Source: Marsupella aquatica (lineage: Eukaryota > Plantae > Marchantiophyta). Taken from it: a stretch of 64,000 nt of DNA. The stretch is from assembly GCA_973895155.1 (NCBI GenBank), contig OZ316895.1, positions 804,435 through 868,434 of the forward strand, given 5' to 3'. The notes under the pieces were generated by a model. It saw only the letters and a program-made list of their open reading frames with translations, searched no databases and was not told the DNA's origin. Numbering within the stretch: the stretch's first letter is position 1; each line of letters begins with the position of its first letter. This document shows positions 1-12,598 of this stretch, piece after piece. A program made the position numbers and the translations under genes.

Positions 1-232
1 ATCGTTTCGGAGTTCCGACGAAAATTCAGGAGATATTGATATAAGGCTAAACATGTTTAGCCTATCCCGTTAATTCTGTTTCCATCCATGTTTCTCTTAT
101 CACCACGAATTGGCATATGGCTAAGCTTTATCAGAGTTTAGAACTCTAAGCTAGTGACCTGAGGTGTTATCGAGACAGTGCATGGCCGAAATGTCTTCAA
201 ACTAATGCACGATAATATGATTATACATGCAG

Positions 233-3200
233 CGGTGTTTGGGCTGTTGTAGCTGTTTTACTGGGCTACTTCACTCTTCAAGCACCACCGACGTAAGTCG
301 TTCAGATGATGTCTGCACCACGTGGATTTCTACCTGATTATGTTCTCGTCAACAAGATATGTTGCATTGCTAGTCTGGTTTGGTGATGATAGAGTTTGCA
401 AAGGGGTAGCTTGAAGTAATTGCTTCTTGAATTACCCGAATTCTAACCCTCAGATTTACGCAGGATATTAATACGACCCCATCCTGCTTTCTGGCGCCTA
501 GTTCATGGCATAGCTGTGGTCTACCTCCTCTTCTTAACGTTCCTTTTGTTTCAGGTATATATCGTTTGCCCTGGCAAGCGGGACTTTTATTATAACTGCC
601 TCTTGACTGTTTTGGTAGACCGTTTCAATTCAAAACTCTGACATTGATTCTGTTTGTAAAACAGACTCGAGATGGTGCCCAGCAATTCATGAAGTTCTTA
701 CATCCTGATCTTGGAGTGGGTATGACTGCCACATCCCCAAATCTAGGAATCCGTACAGCCGTTTGGGTCACTGATTGTAGTGATGACTTGCAGATGTCAC
801 AAACATTTGAGTATCAGAAGTTTGTCAGACCCACAAAGTTACAGATTGGGATTTGACAATCAATTTTGATTCGTATAAATGTTTTACAGAGCTTGAAGAG
901 AGGACATATGGCGCTGACTGCCGAATATATACACCAGAAAATCCAGACAGCAAGATTGCCAATGTCAAGGTATGTCCTGCAACTTGGGCTTCCACAATAA
1001 GGACCAGGTTTCCCCAAATGTGTCATATCCTGGAAGGGCACGGTCCATAACATAACGGTCATTTTTGCTAGCACTAGTCTTGGGCAAGTCTGTAACAATC
1101 CAACTCTCTGTTGTTTCCCTGGGCACTGTGAACATCATTTAGCCGTGTGCTTTTGCAGGACACCTTATTTGATGAATTTGTTATTGCACACATCCTTGGT
1201 TGGTGGGGTAAATCTATCATGGTCCGCAGCCAAGCTCTATCTTGGATGCTATCAATCGGCTTTGAGATGATGGAGGTATAAATGCAGAATTCATTAATTA
1301 TTCTTGCTATTCATCTTGCTCACTTCTAGAGATTCGTTTCTACGTCACATTGAAGTTTACTTGTTCAATACCCCTTCATTGGATAGCAACGCAGCTGAAG
1401 ATGGAAGAAGCACTGGGCAAGAGTAGTTTATTTCCTGTCACAAGTCCACCATGTTACTTGTGAAGAGCTTTAAATTTGCGTATCGCAATCCAGGTGACTT
1501 TCAATCATATGTTGCCAAACTTCAATGAATGTTGGTGGGACAGCCTTATCCTTGATATAGCAATTTGCAACTTTCTAGGTATGATCACTCGATTCTGGAA
1601 TTGCTGGCTCATGTTTTTTGATAACAAAATAAAATGACAAGTCCGGATACTTGAGATTTTCGGACCTGGAAATGCCTCGAGAGGGAGCAAATAATTCTCT
1701 CAAGGGTAACTTATATGTTGGCGTATTTGTTCCGAGCAGTGTTTAAACCTTGTGTGGTTATTCTTGAATCTCGTGCGTTACGTTCACTCTCGCTTATGCA
1801 GTAGGCTTTCTATTGAGGTCATTCTTGTCGAATTCTCAGGCATATGGGCTGGATTAAGAACTGTACGCTATTTTGAGGGAAAAACATATGCATGGGTGGG
1901 ATTGAGCCGGCAGCCTACCATGTTTGGCAAGGTATTTGGGATCTTACTTACCAACCGCTGTGACAGGCTTCATACGTGTGTTTGAAGTGGGCTTTGTATG
2001 GAATACTTATAAAATATTCAACAATGCTAGCTACAGATAAATAGACACATTTCCCTTTGTATATATGTTTTCAAAGTTGCTGATATGTGGGTGTCGGTTC
2101 ATATTTAAGTTTCAGCAATTTCCGAGTGTTGACATTGAATGACAGACACTGACGGTACACGCACAAGCTCCTGACCTTTGTCATTCATGCAGCTGAAACG
2201 GTCGTTGGGTCAGTTTACACCTGCCTCCTGGGACAAGGATCAATGGAATTTTTTTTCGGGCCCCGTTCGATTTGTACAAGTCATTGGATTGGTTATTGTT
2301 ATCCTTATAGTAGAGGTGAACGCCTTTTTCCTCAAGTATGTGTTGTGGATCCCGCCGAGGAACCCATTGAACACATATCGGCTTATTATCTGGTGGCTTA
2401 TTGCGAATCCATCTATTCGAGAGTGGAATTCCTATATTCAAAGCAGGTACGCCCTCAGTCCCTCATTCTTATGGGCCTACTCATTCACATCATTGATTGC
2501 CAACGGTGCCCCATGGACTCTAATTAATTAGTTCATTCATTCACCGTTCCATGCCTCTTACCCAGAATGGTAAAAGCAGGGTTAATTTCTACGACTTCAA
2601 TGCCTGTCAACTCAACTGAATCAATGGAATTTAATGGTGTTGAAGTCCACTTAAGTAAAGTCAAACGAATCTTCATTGTGCCTGATCGTTCTCAATCGTC
2701 ATGTTCATGTAGTTGATTTGTTGGTGCTCTCCCTGGTCATGACATTGATAGCAGTGTATATTTCTGCCGAGATTATTTCAAGTGTGCTATGAGATGCGCT
2801 GAGATTTCCAGCAAGTTGGAACAGTCATATCTCTTACTAATTTTGTAGGTTCAAGTTGCTGTGAAGGCTTGGACCTTCAACTGAAGCTCAGATCAGGCAT
2901 TTTCTTGCATTGACGTGCATGTTGGATGCGACTTTCTGGCAAAGGATGTCTGACGTTGAAAGTAAACACATTGGCCTTTCGTGTAAGCTCTTGTGACAAC
3001 CTGTCGTGCATGCTTGCAGTAAGTCAGTGAAGAAAATAGGAGCATTTTGCTGGCTTGCTATAGCCATCGTCATCCTGGAAGTACTCATTTGCGTTAAGTT
3101 TGGTCAAGGTATGTATGGCAATTCTGTTTGTGAAGGGCTTTGAAGTTCAATCTGGACAAACAGTAGAACTTATCTTTCAATAGTAAATTTATCAATTTAG

Positions 3201-3531
3201 GTTTGTAGTAAAATCATTACACGGAAAACGCCGTTTAATCAACCTTGGTGGACACGGCTCTCGTCCTACATCATTTTCATTTCATTTGAAATGCAATCAA
3301 AGTGAATTGGGGACCTAATATTTTGTTTTCTGATATGTGACAAGATTCTGGTGCTTACATCTGCTCTTTTTTACAGGATATTTTCCGAAGCCAATGCCTG
3401 CCTGGATCTTTTGGTTCTGGAGTATAGCTGGGGTTTCTTTTGTGTTCATTCTTATTGGGTGGTCCATCAAGCAGTATCGAGATCCAAAGCCTTCTCAAGA
3501 CGCTTTCCTGGAATCAAAGAAAATATCTTAA
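233..3531 (+). CDS. PSS1: Phosphatidylserine synthase (base-exchange, PSS/PTDSS family), 3' ten exons; 5' exons probably lie upstream of the window
   Basis: GT-AG exons 233-292, 464-554, 665-719, 890-969, 1159-1275, 1494-1578, 1840-1931, 2193-2446, 3020-3108 and 3377-3531 splice in frame. Family motifs: [84 protein letters not shown]. Confidence 0.95.
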
Positions 3532-4462
3532 AATATGGTGGTTTTGGTCAATGTCTGTAGTAGTAACTTCGGAAACGATCCAGCGACGGCCCTCACAGAG
3601 GCAAGCATGGATTTTCTGATGGACATTTATTTATGTCCTTTGTACCAAAGAATTTTGTGGATTGGAACTATCAGTACAAGAGGCTCTTGAGCTCAAATCG
3701 AAGTTGTAGAACTGGAATTCAATGCTCTTGTCGAAGCGCATCTTAAAAATGCGAATCTGGTGCCAATTTGTTTCGTGGTCTTGTGTAACACTATTTCTCT
3801 CCAGGAATTACTATATCGTGTTTCTCTAGATAATCAATGATGTACTTGTTCCCGCAACTACAAAAGCATTCCTGACGGATCTGGATTTCAAAAAGTGGGG
3901 GGCAGTTTCGAAGTACTTCTACGGTTCAAAGACCTTTTGAAATCGTCTGCATTTTTTTCTCGGCTTACGATCTACTAGCATTGTTTGAGAGTCGAGAAAA
4001 CAATATTGTTGATCGAAAAAATGTCGACTGGCTCTTCCGCCTTCTGTCAAGACAGCATTTGGCATTCAGGACTTCGAGTCTTTCTCTTGTCCAGCACATT
4101 CTTGATTTTTGCTCGACTGCTGTTTGAATCTTGCTTATGGAAGCCCGCTTGTCCCAAATCAATCGTCTGAGTACATGGCTCAGTATGAACTGTCCTTGGC
4201 CCTATCACCCTTGTGAGGCTCTTCCACAGATATTATGAATAGAGGTAGACAATTTTGCTTCCCTCCTAAAGAGGAATGCACTTTTGAGTAACCACTCCCT
4301 AGTAAACTTCAGAGGGAACAATAGTTCTACCTGTGCTTATCAAATTCATACCCGAAGAGATGTGCTACTCATGGAAATATTGGAACATCATCCCTGCCTG
4401 CGCGTATCGAATTCATTCGAAGAGATGTGCTCGACATGGAAATATTGTGTTTCTTTGTCAGG

Positions 4463-7291
4463 TCAGACTGGTGTACTGGGGATCATTCTCTCTCTCTCTG
4501 ACTTCAATTGCTGCACTTCTGTTCTAAAGCGTCTGTAGAGTCCGATGATGACCTCGGGGGCACGCCGTTCCCACTGATTCCGAGAGGGAGAACGTGGATG
4601 AGGGATCTCGAAGACGAAGGCATTTGGAAGAACTTGAATGTGCATGCCGTGGCCACGTACGCAGGAGTACACTTGAGAAATCTTGTTTTTGCCGTAACCT
4701 CTGCAGACAGGTCACTGTCAATCCACTTTGTTTTGCAGACCATCCGGAGGTTCAAGGTGTACCGAAACTTTCCCATTTTTCAAGGCAAAAATCTGTTAGG
4801 CCTTGAGCATGCATCAACTGGAGTTGCATCCGAAATCTTCAATAGCTCTGTGACCGGAACAGCTATATTATATACAGTTGGTATGTTGGGTAATCTGTAT
4901 CCAATACCAAAGCCAGGATACGTTTTTCTTCCCCTGTACTGTTGTACTATGAGTGATCTGGCATGCGGCTCGTTCGTTGGCTTTGAATTTATCAGTGTCA
5001 GCTTTCGACCAATTGAACTAGACCCGTATACATCAAACTAAATCACTTCGAGCATTTGCTTTAAAGTTTTTGTCTTTCAGATGCAGTCCTTAGGACGTTT
5101 TCGTGTTGCCGTTCTTACCTGAATCTTTCATCGTACATTGGAGTTGATTCCCGCGATACTAGCAGATAAGGCTCGAAACCCTCCCTGCAGAACCAGAAAG
5201 CAGTTATACGTCTGGGATAGTCAATCGTGCCAGGTACCACTTCTTCCAAATTTACTATCAGATTGATCGCGAGAAGTATTATTTCCTTTCAATTCTGGCT
5301 GAACGGTTGAACCCGATGCCAAACACACGTAATCTAAATTCGGATGCTTCCAATGCCTGACCAAGGAAGGCCAAAAAAACATATCCTGTCAGTTCATAAC
5401 TTACACGTAGGGAATCGAATATGGCGTCGTTATGGAAGGGTCAAAATACTTTCCCAAGTTGGTGGGCTCGTGGCCTGCAGGTGAGCATGGGCAATGGAAG
5501 CAATCTACAACTCCATCTTCCCACTTTCTCCTCAAGTCCTCCTTTGTCTCTGGGATGCTCATATTCGATTGCAACTCTAGGGCATTTGTGAGCTTCGGTC
5601 TGTATAAGGGCGTTAACTCAAACGCGGGTATAACGAACATGTGCCGCTCCTGAATAGCTTTCCTTTCGAGCTCTTGGTACGCTGCTTCATCTTCGGTAAG
5701 AATATCGTGCATCCTGCAATCTCATCCACAGTTCACAATCTTAATTTTTTTCATCGTAGTAGCAAAATGAGCCAATTCTCCGTTGGCTAAACAATGAGAA
5801 TGCGTTTCATTTTGACTGTTTCACAACGAGCCCTGAGTCATTGCTGATCATAAGTTTGGCAATATTCATAAAATCCATATCCATACAGAGCGACGACTCG
5901 ATGCTCAACCAAGTAACTCCGAATTCACAAATCTAAGCTATGGTAAACTTTTCTAGCCTTATGCTCTAGACTCTACCCAAATGTATATCGTCCGTGGCAG
6001 CCTTTTGTTGACTTCCACCGCTAATCGTATTTTGCACGCGGGTTCCAGTATTGACGAGTCACTAACCTTGGACTCGGTTTGAAATCTGCATCGAGCAGAA
6101 TGATGAGTTTGGTGGTGGCCATGCGCCAGGCGATATTGCGCATTCCATTGACCTGCGTGGCAATTCGCATCAGTACCGATCAGTCATCGCACTGTACTCT
6201 TAAATTTTCGTGTCTTTTGATCTTTTCTTCTCCGCCTCTTTTCGAGTTGTGGTTTGCAAAACTTTCTGCAAAAAGCGTTCTTCATGAGTGAAGCTGTTGA
6301 TAAGCTGTCCGTTTCCGAATATGTGGAGAATATGAATGAGTTTGGATATGTACCGGGTACAAGTTTCTAGTGAATGCTTCAGCGCCATCTTCCTTGACTA
6401 CCACGATGTCCAGCCTGCAGCGCCCACTTACTTCGACCCGCGCATGCAACTGCTGCACCTGTCTATACACAGACGCAATGTCGGCCTCGTCCCGCAAGTG
6501 TACGGCTATCGACATCGCTCCATTCCATGACATGGCCGTGCTTTCCAACGTCGCCAGCCGGTCTCTTGAGGTCTGCTCTCTCAAGGGTCATTGAGAGAGT
6601 TCGAAGAGATGAACAAACACCACAAAATGTCATGTTGTTAGAATCCATTCCGTGGTATCAGTCAGCTAGCCGGATGAAGATTCTGGCATGTATCGATCTG
6701 GAATATTTACGAACAGAACAGAACAGAACAGAACAGAACAGAACAGAAAACAGACCTGCCGAAGGAAAACTCAGAAAAGAACGTTTACATCGATATAAAC
6801 ACCATTTTTAAAAACTCCGTCAAAGCCTTTTCATTTCTGATTGAGCACGGATTAACGGAATTACATCAATGGCTAATTGGCCATACTGAGTTATTAATTC
6901 ATCTTCCAGTAAAGCAAAAGCTATTGATCGAGCCGTTGAAGGCATTGGACAGTAGCAAGTGCTGTGTGTACTTTAGGCAGCAGCTGTGAGAACATACATC
7001 TGCGAACATACGCTGGCCCGATTCGACAGCAACCTTCGTTCTTGAGTTGCTTACTATGGATACATGCTTTATACATTCTAAACTCAACCTTACACTTCCA
7101 GGGTGTCGGGATTGTAATAGTTCGGATTGTTGGTTGGAAGTTTTGGTCACACCGAGAGTTACCCCGGAAACAATTGTGATCTCTCGCTTCTTCCGTGGAA
7201 TGTTGCTTCGTAGTGGGGCAGCTCCTTCCTTTTCAGTCAGCACTCTCAAACGAGCTGGTTGGTGGTCAAAGTCGTGCTCGTAGTACGAAAT
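4463..7291 (-). CDS. LARGE/B4GAT1-like glycosyltransferase (GT49-like); 5' end uncertain, possible upstream exon near 8366-8413
   Basis: Exons 7291-7163, 6572-6354, 6152-6067, 5713-5405, 5184-5119 and 4700-4463 have GT-AG borders and consistent phases. Peptide motifs: EITIVSGTSRDRL, MSIAVH, LYPVNGMRNIA, LLDADF (DxD), FVIPAFE, EGFEPYLL, YDERFRGYGKNK, VLPNAFVFEIPH. Confidence 0.85.
6711..6748. repeat. (GAACA)7 microsatellite in a GT49 intron
   Basis: Read directly from the sequence. Confidence 0.95.
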
Positions 7292-9855
7292 CTGCAAGCA
7301 CACAGTGATCAAAAGCAAGCTCAAATGTCAATTACAATGCAGAATTATCCGTGCTCAGAGTCAATGGTTTTATGCCTCCGGATGTAAGCTGAACCTAGCT
7401 CATATCGGTCGTCTAGCTAGAGAGATTAAGAGTCCATGGTTTGATGCCTTCTAATTGAAAGCTGAACTTAACTCATGTCGATCATCTGACAAAAGAAATT
7501 AAGCGAAAGTGCCACAAATTAATAGCTAATTCGATCTTCGGTTTGTTACAACGACAACAGAATAATTGTTTGCTAAGAATAACTTACTACTTGAGATCAC
7601 GGGACAATGGCTACTCAATTGGTGATCGATAGGATTCTTTGATAGCTGAAAAATCTCAACAATACTAACACAGGCTTTTCTCTAAGTACACAATTAAACC
7701 ACTCCACTCAATTTCCATTATCGAGCCTGCAGAAAAGATTTAACTGAGTTCAAAGCTGTTCCCCTCTCTGGTCGACACAGTCGTACAAAACATATGGTAC
7801 AATTATATTCACATTTGTCATTTTTAGCTTTAGCATGTAATGACACTTAGAATTCCACCATAATCAGTCGTACTTCTCCGAGTCTCCCTTGTCCTCAGTG
7901 CTCATACTGTATCAATCGTCCACGAATTGAATGATTACGACCCGTGCATATCAGAGTCATATTATGCTGTATCCACTTGTACGACTGTCTAATAATAAGT
8001 CAATGTTGAAGAGCGCCAGCGAGACTCACGGCCCGCAACTATTGTTTATTCTACGTAAACAATCGTAAACAGGGTTCAAGTACAGACATCATGAAGAGTC
8101 TTCAATCGAGTCTTCAATTATATCTTCTTTTATAAACAAATTTGTTCACGAGTGTCAGAGACAGACAAGCTACAGCAGCTTGCACATCGTGAACGCAACA
8201 TATTATGCCGCTAATCGAAAACTTCAAACAGTTGTGAGAGCTTGGAGTGCTTACCAAATTCTGGTGGTTTTTACTAGCCCCGTTACTATCTGTGGCCAGG
8301 TTTGCGTTGCTTAGTGGACATGTAGGAGTACTTCTGATGTTGAAAATTATAAGCACGAGCACAACCTGTATTGCAAAGCAACAACATGCCGAGAGAAGGT
8401 GATGCGAGTCCATTCTGCAGACTGAGCTGTGTCACTCCATCCACTCCCTTCGATACTTGCTGATAACTATGTCTCCGCATCGACCCGTTACCAACAAAAT
8501 TTTAGCGAAGAGGTCTGCAAGCTTCGATACAAAGCTCCCGAGGATATTTCTTCAAGAGATAAGATAGACACTAGTAGCTGTAAAACGTGCATGCGGCTGC
8601 CCAATCCGTCTGAAAGATGTTTGCGATAAACGAGGACACCCTGCCAATTCGGGCAGGTCGAGATGCAATCCTTGGCGAATTACTTGGATCGATACTCTAG
8701 TCTGCTTCCTCGGCCGCTGCTCTTTCTCTTCGCTAGCCTGTGGACTACTTGGCTCGGTCAACACCCAAGGGTACCGCCCAACCTCGACTCCAGCAGACAC
8801 CGTGCGCTCTCAGCTGGCTGATCCCATCGAACTCAATCGTCTCCAACATTCGATCACCAAACTCCCTCAACTGTCCATGCATGTTCTCCTACTAACCCGA
8901 TCATAGACTGAGCGATATATATGAGCGTTGAATCGTTCGCAGTTCACGCAAATGGATTCTATGGTAATGGATTCCTTGAGATAGGCAACTCTTATTCAAG
9001 CCGCAGACTGCCATGATCATTGAGCTCACGATGTGGATTGCCTCGATGGGCGGAAGGATGTCGGCTGGATAATCGATCCTCGCACGTTTATCGCCCTTGA
9101 ACAAGGACAATCATCGGTCCTGCGAGAAACGGATCGAGTAAGTCACCGTCGCACCCGATTATTATGTGACCAACTCAGTCAATGACATGATTCCCAAATT
9201 AAATCATTAATAGCCCTACGGTAGTTGTTGGCTCATTCAGCATAATGAGCCATCCCTCCCTTGGCATCATAAGCGTTTTACCCACAAGTTCCTTTATAAA
9301 GTAATCCTGTTGAGCGCTAGTACTCAATTTACATGGCGAAGAATCCTTCGTATGGAAGAGCATAAAGTAGTGTGAATTTCTGAGTATGAGGTTTATGAAA
9401 TAGCATATGGCATTTTTGTGCATTAGTATCACTGTCAGCTCATTATATGTTTCTGGAGGTGGATGTTCAGCTCATAACATACATGTCATGTATGTTCCAC
9501 AAAGGACATCTTAAAATACTTTATACTTTCACCTGTGATGGAGGAGGGATAAATTATTCTGGCCTGCTTGCCCCCCCCGCCCCCCCATCTCTAGGATTCA
9601 TGCGGTAAAACAGATAGATAGTGAGACTTGATGGAGGGTCCTAAGATGGGAAGAGTGGGAAAGCTTGGAGGAGAGTTCTACTCTTCATCCAGGCACGGCC
9701 ATTTTAGAGTGGCACCTATGGTTAAAGCCAAGGGGGGGAGGGGGCAGGGCGGGCGGAATTATCTCCCACTTCATCCAGGGTTGCCCAACTTACCTAGGTG
9801 ACGATGATCCAAGGAACAGGAGTCAGTTACAGATGTCATCAACTCAACTGTGTGT

Positions 9856-9921
9856 TGTGCTTGGAACGGTTTGACTATCACTCTTATCTGTGCTTGGAAC
9901 GGTTTGACTATCACTCTTATC
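9856..9921. repeat. Perfect 33-bp tandem duplication
   Basis: tgtgcttggaacggtttgactatcactcttatc occurs twice in tandem. Confidence 0.9.
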
Positions 9922-10300
9922 CCTTCAGAGCAATTACTGGTCTTTAGTAACTCTGAATTAGGTGAAGTAAAGTCTACACATCATGTAGTCTAGTCCACGC
10001 TTAAGGTAAAATAGTAGGTTCATATTTTATTCTAGTATGGAATCTCAGAACGTACATTTCAACCGACACTTTTCATATTGGACTTGTGAGTCAAAGTAAC
10101 CAAAAATAACTGTCTATAAAAAGGAAACTCAAGCCCAAGTGACAGGGCTGAGGCCACGGCGCTGGGTACTCAGGTAAGGCAAAATCTTAATTAGAAGAAG
10201 ACGCAAAGAGCATAGGACTGGGATCATTTTATTCAAGAAAAAAGCTATGATGCGCCGTGGTTGAATATGACAAGTGGCAAAAAGGATCCTTAAAAGACTA

Positions 10301-10678
10301 CACTTTTCACGGTAATTAGTGTGACTAACACTAATTGGAGAGGGCCCATTTTCAGGGGAGCGAATTAGTGTTAGTCACACTAATTTTGTGTTAACACTAT
10401 TTTCACGCACTTGAATTAGTGTTACTATGGTCTTAAGAGTGACAAAATAGAGAGAAAAAAAACTATTTTGAAAAATCCACAACAATTAGTGTTACTTTGG
10501 ACTAAATATTATCCATTTTTTACAAGCAATTTAAAGTAAAGTGAAAAAATCTATTTTGAAAATTGACAAAAATTAGTGTTACTTGGACTCAGGATCATTT
10601 TTACCAAAATTAGTGTTAGTAACACTAATTTTATACTAACATTAATTCTTGCATTAACACTAATTATGGTGAACAGTG
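10301..10678. mobile_element. MITE with TA target duplication (Tc1/mariner-like)
   Basis: Left end TA|CACTTTTCACGGTAATTAGTGT matches the reverse complement of the right end, TA|CACTGTTCACCATAATTAGTGT. There are many internal AATTAGTGTT/AACACTAATT motifs. Confidence 0.75.
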
Positions 10679-11219
10679 TAGATTGCATCCAATTGCATGG
10701 ATAGAAATACAAAAGAAAGACCCTCAAAATTTATAAATTCAAAAGTCAAGTACACAAACTTTTACAGGGTCAAACAGAGTACAAAAATAAACAAAAGAGG
10801 TGGTCCCAAGAAGACAAAACCAAACGCAAAAGACGTGAGCAAAAAGAAACCCCTAAAAATCAAGAAAGAGGAACTAAAACTACCGCAAATGGACCAAGTT
10901 CCTCATCACTCCTAGCAAATGTGACAACAAGCTAATGGTCCACATCAAGTGTCGAAACTAAATTGGCAAGTGGGACTGGAATGTCCTCTAGGGGGGCTCA
11001 TTGACAATTGAAACGTATACTACAATCCTGTTCTAGACTGACAATCAAAAGGCTTATTGGGAGGGGCAAGGAGACACCTCAATCCTAAGGCCAACTTTGT
11101 ACTTGTGTAGATCTGCCCTAGTGTCTTTTATTGGCTAGAATTAGCCAAATCCTGCCTTAGGATTAGATAGCCTTGCCTTAATTAATAGAAGGAAGTTTTG
11201 AAAAAACATTATGCGTTTC

Positions 11220-11491
11220 TGTATATGGATGTCTCCCCATCACCTACAACATTTTAGGCCTTGAACCCCCTAAAATGTTAAAAAAATTAAAAATCAACCC
11301 CTATAAAGTTGGAATATTCCAAAATTTTGGATATAAGGACCCTAATGTTAGTATAAGTCTCGAAATTGGATTTAAAAGATCCTATTGTTCTTCTCAGAAA
11401 AGTCTTAAATCTTTCCTTTGAACCATAAAATGACCCTATACTTTGTCGCACGTGATGTGCCATTGTTGTGGAGGTGCATGAAACCCCCGAG
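11220..11491 (+). mobile_element. Degenerate copy of the MITE at 61508-61804 (left TIR lost)
   Basis: Colinear similarity (ctccccatc...ttttaggcc...aacccctataaagttggaatattc...ataaaatgaccctat...gcacgtga) ending in the right TIR remnant aaacccccgag. Confidence 0.8.
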
Positions 11492-11558
11492 TATGACTTA
11501 TGACTTATTTAGGTTAGCATGTTGATGCATGACTTATTATTGCTTGGATTTGTACATG

Positions 11559-11809
11559 TAGGTGGCGAGACTCATAAGGCCATGCAAAAGTTCATGAAAA
11601 AATATATTACTCCCAAGAATATGAGGTTTTATACCATGGCCTGGGAGAATTTCGTGTTAGAGACCTACCATTCCATCATGGGCAAGTATGCAATAAAGTG
11701 CATTCATTTCTCAGCTAGTCATGAGACCCGTGTGTGTTTCTGTGCCATGGATTGGAGCGAGAATAAATTAGAAGACATGTCTGGAAGGTATATGATTAGA
11801 CACCCATGA
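11559..11809 (+). pseudogene. DDE transposase C-terminal remnant (Kolobok/Mutator-like), split by the CACTA insertion and continuing after 34335
   Basis: Peptide LETYHSIMGKYAIKCIHFSASHETRVCFCAMDWSEN resembles the E-x2-H...KYAPKR-x-F...R...A-x-DWNEN motif. Recognised by eye only. Confidence 0.4.
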
Positions 11810-12510
11810 CACTAGAAGAAACCGGCCCATTTTGAGACCCTGCCTTTAGTGACTCCAATGAGACCGGTCAGAATTTGTGACTCCTAGATTGTTTGTGTCA
11901 TTTTAGTTACAAGTTGTGGACTTAGTTCAGGGTTTTTCCTGGGGATGTCATTTGTATAACTATTGGAAAAGTTGTAACTTTAACTTAGTTAAGCCAACTC
12001 GAATGAAGTTATATAAGTGACTCATGAATGAATGTTATTGCACCAGGCAAGGATTCTGAACCCTGGTTTTGTGTATAACTCATGGTTTTGTGCACTATTA
12101 ATGAGGATGTTTTTTCAGTTTGTCAAGACCTTATTTTAACACCTTATTTTATTCAATAAGTCCATGCAATTCTTTGTCTTAATATTTTTTACAAGCAATG
12201 CATGCTTCAGATTCAATAAGTCCAACCTAGCCTCCATGACACATATTCCATGGAAAAGTCTTCAATACCTTACCCTAAACAAGAATACTTTTCATAATGG
12301 TTATGTTTAGTCATACCTGACCATTTGGCCCCGTTTTTCACCAAAGGGGGTGTTGCTAACCACTCACCCCACATATAACGTCAGTCCTTTGGATTAGGCA
12401 AAGGAAAATAAAGCTTAGGCAAATCATAGCTTTTGTGAAGTTGGGGGCAAAATTCAGGGAGTACTCGGGGGGAAAATACAAGGCGGAACCGGTTTTGGCC
12501 CCCCCAACAA

Positions 12511-12598
12511 CAGTTGCCACTTCTCACCGCGACTTAGGGTGAGGGGAGCCCTGGCAGTCGCCACTTCTCACCGCGACTTAGGGTGAGGGGAGCCTGGC
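12511..12598. repeat. ~44-bp tandem duplication inside the CACTA element
   Basis: gccacttctcaccgcgacttagggtgaggggagcc occurs twice. Confidence 0.85.

Noticed and set aside
9537-9775. Degenerate inverted repeat with C-run and G-run arms
   Set aside because: Too diverged to define TIRs or a TSD.
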